From Yuukianura sp. NJ FZ-2021 (lineage: Eukaryota): DNA of 64,000 nt. The notes under the pieces are model-generated. The model ran no database searches, was not told where the DNA came from, and saw nothing but the letters and a program-made list of their open reading frames with translations. The translations under genes and the position numbers were made by a program. This document shows, in pieces, positions 1-11,147 of this stretch; within the stretch, counting starts at the first letter, position 1; each line of letters begins with the position of its first letter. The stretch covers positions 4,340,001 through 4,404,000 of the forward strand of contig CM102289.1 in NCBI GenBank assembly GCA_046563655.1, given 5' to 3'.

Positions 1-514
1 CAAAATTCTGTGGAACTTCCCCATCCGTTCGATTGTCCATGCCTATTATAATCAACAATAGAACAAACTGTGTCATTAAACAAAATTGAAGGTATAGATC
101 AGATTCAGATTGAGTAACAAATCATCTGATGAAGTAGAAGCTTATGTTTAGTACTAATTGATTGAGTAAATACCTCCTGTTGTGGAACAAATAACATTAC
201 TGTGTTCAATGGCGTTGATGTGGACTTGGTCCGCAATGGAACAGCAAAAGACAGTCCAGACTTAAGGAATAACTACAACAGCAAAATAGTAACGATTTAA
301 GTTGGGTAATTTTTGCCAATAGCGAATGAAACTAACAACCTTATAATTAATTCTTTTCTTATTTTCTTCAATTTTGAAAGCAACGCATACATCCTAAAAG
401 TACGTACTATTAAAGTTTATGTTTCACCTCATTTGTAGCAAAACCAGTGATTGACCTCAAAATCGGCATCGGCATGTTGGATGAGATAGAGAAACGTAAA
501 CTGGGACTTAACAT
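1..514 (-). CDS. STOML2: Stomatin-like protein 2 (mitochondrial SPFH protein), 5' exons only; gene runs off the window start
   Basis: Minus-strand exons 514-428, 272-174 and 42-1 join in frame over GT-AG introns: MLSPSLRFSISSNMPMPILRSITGFATNE/LFLKSGLSFAVPLRTKSTSTPLNTVMLFVPQQE/AWTIERMGKFHRIL. NTVxxFVPQQEAWxxERMGxFHRIL is the SLP-2 SPFH start, and the S/R-rich N-terminus resembles a mitochondrial presequence. Confidence 0.92.
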
Positions 515-1662
515 GTTGCCTACGACTCTCAGTCCTGAGCACAGTACAAGTTAACGTTCGTAAAAAACGATTTACAAGCTAAGAACTTGGATTACAACTA
601 CACAAGCCACGAACGACTATAATAAAAAAACCAAAACAAAGGTCGAGAGGATAATAGTACTCCTAATGGTCTGATAAATCAGAATCCTCAGCGTCCACAT
701 GACCGAAAAAATGGATTGACTAAAAGTCTGAATTTTGATCTGAAAAAACTGGTGTCGAAGTTGTGGGCACTTGTAGGATTACTTTCTTGCAAGTTATTCT
801 TAAGTTACGCATTAGACTTCTTACTTGTAATAAGGCGAGGTAAAATGCAACCCCATAATTAATGTTAAGGATTATAACATCATCCTCATTTTCGATTTAA
901 TTAACTATCCTACCAGGAATATGATTAATGTTCGGAATCGGCTGAATTATTATTGAATTAAATTGATTTGAGACCCGAAGTTCGCGTTTTGCGTCCAATG
1001 AATTAATAGGGAATAGCAAACAGAATGCGGAATCGAATCAAATAAAAAGCTTTTACGATCTTTTAGAAAGAGGTCAAATTCAGCTTTTGAGTTTTTCGAA
1101 CATGTTGGAGTTTTGAATCAGACAGCAAAATATATCCAACCAATGATTCTGCCTTTCTGACGACATCTGGAAATTCGGAGCTACGAATACAAGTCCTATA
1201 AAACCCTGACTTCAATCCCAAAACTACATTTGCACTAAATCCGAAACATGTTGAATTCCGAGCTTTAGTCAGTCCCAATTTTGGTTTAAGTTTACTCTCT
1301 CTATTTGTAGTGGATGGATGACAGTTTCAATCAACTCAGGGATGTTAATCTTCTTTATTGATTACATTACTTGATTTATTTTATGTGTATATAAATAAAA
1401 TATAGTGAACCTCGCTGTCTTCAACGCTGTACATAGTGAAATTCTTGACTTATGGTAAGCATGAAACACAATCTAGCCCAGAGACAAAACAATATAACTT
1501 AAATTAATAATTGTTTCACCTTTAAGCTACATACCATCCTATAGTCATTTGCTAACTAACTTTAAAATTGGTGTGTAATACTCATGGAATGTAGAGCTAA
1601 TTACTGGTTCTTTATTTTGTAAGTGACAATTTATTCCCACCGATAATCATTTAGTGTAAAGC
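515..1662. promoter_or_regulatory. Putative bidirectional promoter / 5' UTRs between STOML2 and FHIP
   Basis: Divergent ATGs are about 1.15 kb apart; a probable FHIP 5'-UTR intron has donor GTAAGC near 1455 and acceptor near 1654. Confidence 0.45.
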
Positions 1663-4600
1663 ATGACGTGGACGAAGTCCCAACAATCTGGAAATGAAAA
1701 CACTGTCGAGGACAATCAGCGGAAAAAAATGGAGCCAGACGCGCTGTTTACACTGTTTGCGAATCACTGGACTCAGGTCTCCCATATAATGGAACGCTAT
1801 CGGGTGAGTGGATATCAAACTCATGTGAAATGAGATCACAATGTGGAAAACTAGAAGTTCTTTTTTTTTTAACTAAAATAAACTTGTAACTTACCTAAGC
1901 CAGCCTACTCACTCGTCAACTTATGAACATTGTAATCGAAATCGGCGCGATAGTTTTAAGGACTTCCTAACAAAAACTTGTTTTGTCTGTTCGCTCCTCA
2001 GGACTCGGAAGGAGCATCCACTGTAATTTCTCATATCAGCCAAATGATAGCGTTTCTTGCAATGTCGCGAGGTGAACTCGTCCCATCTGAGTATTCGTGC
2101 AAATCTTTCTGGATTCAACATCGTTGCCCAGTTCACGTTTTGCGATGGTTGCACGGATTACTGATACAAGGTAACAAATGAAAACCATCTAGCAGAGTAA
2201 AAACTTTCGTTTCACAAAAAATAAAGCGTCTGAGAGTGGGCTACTGTTGGGAAGACGCCACTCTGAACTGAACAAGGAACGTTGTTTTTTTTTTGAATTT
2301 ACAGGAGTCCAAATGCCGGAGCAAGACGAGCTAAAGCTAATAGGGATGCTGCATTCGTTATGTGAAGCGGCTTCCAGAGATGGCGAAATACTAGGACTTG
2401 TAATGTCGCCTTCTTCCTCAGAACAAGAGCATGACAGCTGGGAAGGCACATTCGCCTTAGCTAGTGTATTGCTGGAGTACAGTTTACGCAAAACGTTGGA
2501 GCTTGCTGAAACTGCTAGATACTCATTTATTCAGGTTATACAACTGGCTTCAAGATATCCTGTGCTAGAAAGAAGCCTAGTAGAAGAATCCGGACTTGGA
2601 ATAACTGTAAGGTATTAAATGGCTATTGGAGCAATATCTCACTGATGTTGGGTTGTATTATTATTCAATACTATTTATTCAACATTTTTACAGAACGTAG
2701 TCGTAAGTGGACTTTCGGCATGTTTTGCACAACTGCCTACGTTTACAAATCCGACGGATGAACATCTCAGTCCTTTTGTGGATCAGTTGAAATTTGTAGA
2801 TGACATTGCTCATGCCGCACCGGACAAACTAGCTGAGATCATTGCATATTGTTTCAAAAAGGCATTTTTGCTAACTGTCATGGAGCCTGCGTTGACGCAG
2901 GTACGTGGATACTGTACTGTCCGACAATTCACAGTACAACAACAAGTTTAATAGTATGAAGTATTCGTATATTATAAATGTTTAGAAACTTTGTTTTCTT
3001 TTATAAGAGTTTAAACGAGGAAATTGGAGTTTTGACGTTCTACTTGGAGGTAATATGCCGGAAGATATCACATCCGTTACTGGTAAAGGCGTTAGTGGAG
3101 TTTGTCAACACCAAACTACTTCATGTGCTCATAAGCAGGATCAGTACGAACGATTCCGTTAGCGTGAGTCAAATTATGTCAATTTTCAATGGACTTGTTC
3201 TGAATGCGGTTTTTCTTTTTATGCAATGAATTTTTGTAGCGTGATATGGTTTTTATTAACTTTACAGGTGACTGTTTCTACGCTAAGCCTATTCATTGCA
3301 CTTCTGGAACTTTACTGTGAAGACTTTTGGGTAGAGGTTGCTTTGAAGTACCTTACACCGCAGCATCATCTTATGATATCTCAACGATTCCAATCTCTAC
3401 CCCAACTTGACTACTACGACTCCGCTACACAATTTTTAAACATTCTACCTGCCAGGCTGTGCAATGTAGTTGGACCGGAAGCAACTGAGCAATGTTTCAT
3501 CAAGTACATCAACCAGGCTTCTTTTCAATGGAGCAAAATTTCTGCGGCCGTGAGGGCAGCGATTTCGGTAACCTCACCGGATGCAATAAACGGCGAACAT
3601 ATGAACTTAAAAAATGGCGAACGTGAAACTGATTCCCATATGAACCAAATGTTCCCTGCCTGGAAATATAAATACGACGGTGAGACGGGCCTAACTAATG
3701 GGGTATCACATGACATAGCGTGCAATAATCTTCACGATCCTAACACACAAGGAAATGCTGACGCTGAACACGAACATCACACAGGAGGTCCTAGTGTATT
3801 TCAACCTCTCAACATGAATCCAGAATCCAGCCTTACAAATATCAGTTTGGAAAATGGAACCGTACAATCACCGTTATCTTGTGCCTCCTCCTCGGAATTA
3901 CTTACTGCATTACAAGAAAACCACACCCAAGTTTGCGCAAGTGTGGAAGATGTGTCCATATTGGATCGGGACACACCGATTGATGCTTCGTTTGGTCCAT
4001 TTTTAGATAGTGTGTTCTTACTTCTGAGTAATTGGGTTCACCTCGACCTCAACTTGATCCTTGTGTTGACGCAAGTGGTTTCTCTTCTGGCTGCAAGTAG
4101 GATTTCATTGATCAACACAATGCTTTTGAATTCATCCGTCATACTCCAACCTTACTACCTCAGCTTCAACACTCTTCTGAAAAAAATTGAAGAAGATCTA
4201 GAGTATCAATTGAAGGACGTACCGCAGGAAGTATTACAGAATGTGTGGGAAGCCAACTGTAGCAGTCGTGATGACCTTAAAAAAGAGAATTCAGGCCTTG
4301 CTATCAGTGTTTCGCAGTCTTTTGGCGAGCAACTAAGCGACACATTGAGAAGAACTATTACTGGTGGAGGCACGGAAGCTCTTGCAAGCGTCTGGAGACG
4401 ATTCAGCCGCAAATCAGCGCCGGAGCCAAGTGCAGCTTCAAAACCGCAGTTTGCAGTTCACCCCAGTTCTGGCGCAATTTTAAGGTTCGTTGTTTAATTC
4501 TTAGTTAATTGATAACTTCATAAACTGTCATGTGATTTAACTTCAAGTTTTTTCTTTATAATTAATTTCACCATGTTTGTTCTTCAGTATGGTTAAATTA

Positions 4601-4764
4601 GTTTAATATTCTTGTTTTTTATGTGTAATGCTAGGAAGCCTGAAGCAAAGGAAGACCCTCAGCTACATATTTCTACGACGATGACGCTAAGGCTCGTCTA
4701 TTTCTTCAACTGGTTACTGGAATTAGGTGCAATCGCCCAGCAGCATTGTTGGGAAGTATTATAG
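1663..4764 (+). CDS. FHIP1: FTS- and Hook-interacting protein (FHIP1/FAM160A family), 7 coding exons
   Basis: Exons 1663-1803, 2002-2170, 2305-2606, 2694-2900, 3008-3163, 3268-4484 and 4635-4764 are in phase. Family motifs are EPDALFTLFANHWTQV, VVSGLSACFAQLP, FGPFLDSVF..NLILVLTQVVSLLA and C-terminal FNWLLELGAIAQQH. Confidence 0.85.
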
Positions 4765-5076
4765 AATTATGTCCAATGTTGATTGTTAATGTTTCGTGAT
4801 CAATAATCAATCCGAATAAACAACAATGGCTCTTGTTAAAGATAACTGTAACGACTTCGAGGACGCTATGCTTCACTTGTTTGTGTCTCTCGCATAATCG
4901 CGATTCGCGACGTATCAACTCGTGTTTCTCTGTGATATCCTCAATTCCGAGGTTTAGAAAGAATCCGGTAGGTTTCGTAGAACACAACAAAATCGAAGAA
5001 ACGTGAAGTCATATTTTAGTTTAATATCTGTTTTGTAGTCGATACTTTGCATATTTCATTTAGTATTTCTTGGAAA

Positions 5077-8000
5077 ATGTCGTCTCGACATCTAAAGAAG
5101 ATTTATGGAGCGTCTCAAAAAGAAGAGCTTGAAAATGAGACAGCTGGAGTACCGGTTGAAGATATCCTGCCATCATTTAGTGATCGGAATCGCAGTAAAC
5201 CATTCTCTCGAAATCCATATGATCTGGTAATTTTTTTTTAATTTATGGGATTGATAAACACATTGAATTGATTTGATTTTTTTTTCGCAGTTAGTCCTTG
5301 AGGACGATATCGATAAAGGCGAGAAGGGTGATGACGGTTGTGACCACGAGGAAAGCGATAGAGATGCCACCACCTCTGAGGAGCCACGTTCAGTCAGCAA
5401 GAAAAAGAAGCGGAATGCCAAAAAATCGCAGCGAAAACACGGCGAAAGTGGAAGAATTGTAAGGTTATTCACACTGCTTTGGAATATAATCTATTCTAAT
5501 AGTGTTACCGCTTATGATGAGTTTCAATCAGCCTTATATTTTTAGGAGTCAGCGACTACTTCAAATTCAGCATCTCCTCACTCACATAATAGAGTCTCGA
5601 AGGTCAAGGACCAAGCTCAGCTTTCAGCTTCTGCCTCTTCGTCTTCCATCGTGTATGAGCAGGACTTGTTTGTACCTGATCAGCGGTATTTGAATACTGA
5701 ATTTGAGCTCAAAAAGATTTTCGGGGCTTCGCTGATCAACAAGGAGTTTGGGTTAGTGATCTTCAGATCTTCTCGCATATTGCTAAACTATGATATATTC
5801 TCGGACGTTAATGGTCGGTATCCTGTCTGACCGCCGCGGCCTCACGTCCTGACTATTGAGAATTTATTCATTGCAGGGCTGACTCATTTAACTCCGATTC
5901 CGAATCAAAGTGTTAACCTCCGTGGTGGAAATTGGAAATATAATTGTGTATTTTCCATTGCAGGAAATCTGGAAAAAGAAACCGAAAGCGTCATAATAGA
6001 GTTTCAGGAAAACTAATTATTCCGAAGGATAAGTGGCCAGCTGTTGGAAGTTCTGGTAATTTCAATTAATTTGTAGATGATTTATCTGTTTGATGATGCA
6101 AAACTGCGTTGCAGCATTCGTATCGACGGAGGAAGGCCATACCGACGAGAACACAATAATTATTGCTGTTGATCTTAGGTATTTCAATGTCTTTACTGGA
6201 GCCAAAGGAGATCGGAGTAGAATACTTCAAGTTTGAGCACAATGCTTATTATCAGGAAATTCAGAAACAATTTTTGAGGGCCATTAACACGAATGATCCG
6301 GAGAACATATTGGTAAAGACTGAACTTAATAAATCCAACGTGAAATAACACACTAAACATAAGAATTCAATTTATGGTTAACGTTTTTTTTTCAGAGAAT
6401 TGTTCAACTACACCCCTACCACGTAGACTCTCAAATACAGCTTTCGGAAATTTCTAAGCAGTCAGAAGACAACCAAGTGGCAGCAGAGTTAGTAGAAATC
6501 GGATTACATACGATGGAATTGGCTGCTGATTCACGCTTTGGTGTATCGCTCACGAACTGTCGCCTGGAGTATAAATACCAGGAGAACAGGTATTTCCCTA
6601 CGAGTACTATTATCATAACGTTACATGAATAAGTTTAACCTAACATATAACCTCTTTTTAAACCTAGGGCATTTCATCTCTTGTTGTACAAACACATAAA
6701 TTTTGTGAGTCAACGAGCCTGTCATCGGTCTGCCTTAGAGATGTCGAAGGTCCTGTTCAATTTGGACATGTCCGACCCACTCTGCGTAACACTGATGTTG
6801 GATTTCTTTGCGATAAAAGCCGGAGAGTGCCTTTGGCTTGTAAAAGTTTACAACTTCTATAATGCCACCAGGAACTTGTCTCAGCTACCAAATTGGTCCT
6901 ACTCTGTGGCATTGTCCCTCTTTTTGCTCTCTATTGGCGCTGAAAATCACAGTAGTACGTCTTCATCTTCTCGCAAAAAAGCTGATGACCAGCACGAGTT
7001 TTCCGACGCAGAGAAGGAAGGTTATAGCCATCAAAGTGATGAGTTGCTGCAATACTCGTTTCTAATGTTTCCCACAGTGGTTGTTCCATTGATGGACAAA
7101 TGTGGAATTAAATGTGACCCAAAATTTAAAAACCATCCTTACTTCAACTACGTTGCTCAAGACAGGTACGGAACAACATTACCTTAGGCATTATTCAATC
7201 CTAATTACTTTATTATGTTAATTTTGTGTAATGTACGAAAATTTCAGCTCTCCAGAACCACTGCGGCTCTTGACAGATTTATATGTATGGCGAAGCTGGC
7301 ACGTATGGAAGAATCCTGCGATTGCGGGTTGGGTAGAGAAGAATGCGACCATTGTCATGAAGATAATTGACAGCAAAAGTCCAGTTTTACGAGACTATGA
7401 GCAGAAACGACGACGTCGCTACCAAGAAGGAACTACACCGAGGAGTGTACTTCGTCATATATTTCTCATCGGAGAAAAGGAAATTGCACTCCATATTCCA
7501 AAGGTACTAAATTATGTTTCAAGTGATCATCAACCTTGTAAAACAAATGCTTCAAAAACATTCAAGGTTCAACCCTTATGCCTCTGCTGAAGTCCAAATT
7601 CTATAATTTCTCGCAGGAACTTACGAAAGAGGCCATTCTTGCCCACGACCCGTTGCCTCCACGGGATTCAGTCGACATTTATCGCCGAGAACGGATTCAA
7701 ACTCGGCCTGTGGATGAAACTCCTCCTGGAATCCTTAATGCCTTATTGCAGTCCTTCCGATTGGACCTCAATATAGGAGCGCCAAACAACCTCGACATGC
7801 TGTAAGTGTCATAAGTACTTAGATGAAATTAGTGTGAATCCCAGGGCGGATTACTGGGTTAACCAGTGTCGCGGAATGAGTTAACGGACCAGTACGATGT
7901 TTCGTTCACCAGACTTCCGGCGTTGACATGTGAAAGGAAGTCCCCAGGATGTAGTCTTGTCATAAATAATTACCACTAATAGACATACGGATAGACAAAT

Positions 8001-9595
8001 CACAGCGTGAAGTAATTCGCGGTATTTTTTGTTTGTCGTCTGCCTGATCTAGCTTGTGTACGTAACAGAGATACATAACATAGGTCAGGTCAAAGGTCAA
8101 GGTCACAGTGTTAAATCTCTTAATATTATGTGTGACCAAACGCTCCCTGTCAAGTATTTCTAAGTTATCTATTTCTTTTGAATTTTGTTCCGTGAAAATT
8201 CTACACTCCAAGGCTTTCTTCCATATTCATCCGTTCATTTCTTACGTCAACTTCTTTCTTGGCTTCCCTGTGATATTGATTTTCCAAAGTCCTTCCAAAA
8301 TATTTGCTTGAGTGCATTTGGAGTAATTCGTTTCATATCCTTCTGATACAAAAGCTCTTCTCGCATCTCGGGATTTCCTTTTGGATCTCAAAGCAAGAGA
8401 TACGAATCGAGTTACTTTTTTGGCTTTTTGGGAAAATGATATGAGTACTCTCACTTCACCAGATTTGACGTCTTTGAATTTACGAATCCCTTTTTCTTCT
8501 TTTCATAAAAAACATAATCTTCCTGAAGAAGTTCAATTTAAAGAAGGCATTACGTGTACCCAATCCTCGAATTTAATTTAATATATACCTATTTATATTT
8601 TCATAATTTTCCTGTAATTATTTTTTTTTGATTATTTTCTCTAAAGTTAGCACAAACTGAGAAACAGAAAAAAATTTCAAACACAGTAGGAAATATTGGT
8701 TCGCGTAGTGTTCACTTGATGTGGCGCTTACCAAAGATATGCTTATATCTTTCCCATGATAAGTTAAAAGACTAAACATAATTTAAATCACCTAAGCATT
8801 TACTGAATTTCTTTCTAGTCGATGTCGATTGCACGGGAGAAGCATGGCATATTATATTTCAAAGATCAATTCTAACCGATGCAACTATTTTACAATGGAT
8901 ATTTTTTTTTCATCGTAATTTAATATTAATTTATTTTCTATATTCTAAATAGTGCTGCAGCAGCGGCTCCTCCTCCAGTACCTGAAGATCAAGAACAACA
9001 AGGCGGTGCTGGTGCTTTTCACAGAAGTGTGAACACTTTTATTGAAGGTGAGGTTTAATTTTAAGCTTGAGTTACGCGACTCCAGATTTTAGTCAGAATC
9101 TAATTTTCTTGATGTGCCTTTCGATTTCATTAGGTTGGCTTTTAGTACGCACTTACCTTTAATTTATCAATCTTAAGTACAAGGAGTAAATTTAATGTGA
9201 AACCAGAGCGAAGTGGTTCTTACGTGATACTTTCTCCTGTTTTCGCTTGAACTTTACTCTGTCGAGATTCTGTTGCATTCTAAATTCTTGTAGAAACTTT
9301 CTTTAGGCTCTGATTTCATGGCCGAAAATTTCCAGGAAAATAACGCTGTGAAAAGATTTAGGTTTTGCAGCCTAAAAATATTTGTCAAAGAAATATTTTT
9401 ACATGAGATATTTTATCGCGTAAAAAGTAATATTCCCTTCAACGTATAATTGTCATGTATTTTTTTTAAGAAAAATATTTTTTTTTACTTCCAGCTATGC
9501 GAAACTTGCTCACAGTAGCCTCTTCTGATGCTCGCCCGGGTCGTAATGAGGAAAATGAGTCCAATACGGATGAAGAATTGCCAGACGTAGAATAA
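5077..9595 (+). CDS. TCF25: Transcription factor 25 / Nulp1 / Rqc1 homolog (ribosome quality control), about 11 exons
   Basis: It starts MSSRHLKKIYG. Motifs include LNTEFELKKIFG, YFKFEHNAYYQEIQKQF, HPYHVDSQIQLSE, LEYKYQENR, RACHRSALEMSKVLFNLD..DPL and LPNWSYSVAL. The last exons (about 8953-9048 and 9494-9595) end EELPDVE*. Confidence 0.9.
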
Positions 9596-11147
9596 GTGTT
9601 TGCATTGTCAAAACCTCAGTAATAACGCCAAGTTAATCGTATTTTTATTGGAGGAGATGTTTATTTTCGTTGAAAATTGCTCCTAGCTAACGCTACTATT
9701 GCACTACTCTACTATACACTTTACTAAAGTCTAAATTTTAGTAGTCTTCCATCTCCTTAAAATGGAGCAACAACAGATTTTCATCAAGAGGCGGCAAAAA
9801 TTAATAAAACATACCTCCAAAAATGATCTGCTTAAAATCCGCAACAGATTTTAATCTTTTATATTTGTTCGAATTAATGTGTTGTTTGGCACTACTATAC
9901 CAGTAATGGCAAGGTAAACAAAGTTCGGGCGTTTTCCGACTTTTTTTTATTAGGTTAATGCATTTTTTTTTAATTTTCTAATACCCACGACTAAGAGATG
10001 AACCAAGCGCTAGATTTTTTAGTGTTAAATAGATATAGTAGATATATGTATATGGTGATCCATGATTATATAGATTTTCAGCCGTTAACATTTGAAGCAA
10101 TATGCATTAAGTGGGATGAAGCCCAACCGCAAACTTGATGTTAGCCAAAGTAAACAAACAAATTTGTTTGGCATCCTAACAAGTATCTTTATATACACAT
10201 GAAAGAACCATAGCTTCTGCAACTCATTTTTTTTTTGCACGAAAAGAAACCCGCTTTATTAAAAAATTGCTTTAATTGGAAAACAAATTTGCCACGCTTA
10301 GCCTCTCTGCTTTTTCAAACAAACGCGTGACCTCTTTCGCGACGAATATTTAACGGCTCCTAACAAATAAAGTACATAGTATATTAAAAATTTTAAATAA
10401 TATGCTAAGAAAATATGATTTTTTTTTGCTTTTGGAATCTACGCCTTTGGGTATGCGTAATCCTGTCCTCGTGCCAATCTCCCAATAGATCTCATCAGAC
10501 TCTGCACGCTGACTTTCAGATTCAATTTACTAGGCTCCGTTCATTTTGACCTTTTGTCTTCTCTTTTCATAAGCTTCAACTGTAACTGTGCCTTGCCCTT
10601 TAAACTTTTGAGATCTTTCTGCCTTTATCCAGCAACTATTTCATTTTACTTTCATATCTTTTACCTTTCTTCTGCTGGGCAGGCTCCGATGATCTATTTT
10701 GTCATTGCCCTGCTTTCACCAGGGCTCTCTCTCCCTCTCCAGTGCGTTGCGTTTACTTTCCAACGACGCTTTGGCCCCTCCATTCTCCTGATGACTTTCA
10801 TCACTAAGGCACACAGCAGAGGTTTTACATTTCCATCAACCGTTCAATACTACACAACAGGTGCTTTCTCTTACCAAACCACAACTTTACTTACAGTAGT
10901 GTGATCTTCCCAACGCTCAGTCTGTAGCTACAATTGTCGCCAGCATTGTTAGGGTGCTAAATGATTTTTGAGCAAACAGTTTCACTCAAATTGAAAATTG
11001 TTTATTCTGGAGCATTAATTTAAAGTTGCGTTTAACTAAGAACAAGCAGGAAAAACTTCACGAGTGAACTTTATTACTAAACTACTTCGGCTTTCTCTGA
11101 CTTTTCTGACGGAATGCTTGAAGCTTTTTTGAAATTGGCTTGCCTAG

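Noticed and set aside
7930..7950. GGAAGTCCCC resembling the RNase MRP P4 5' strand
   Set aside because: No complementary GGGGCT 3' strand within the expected few hundred nt downstream.
10470..10510. CTGATGAG on the minus strand as a hammerhead ribozyme core
   Set aside because: No GAAA after stem II and no closing stems.
10554..10904. 116-aa ORF upstream of the RhoGEF
   Set aside because: TTG start, pyrimidine-skewed low complexity and no recognisable domain.
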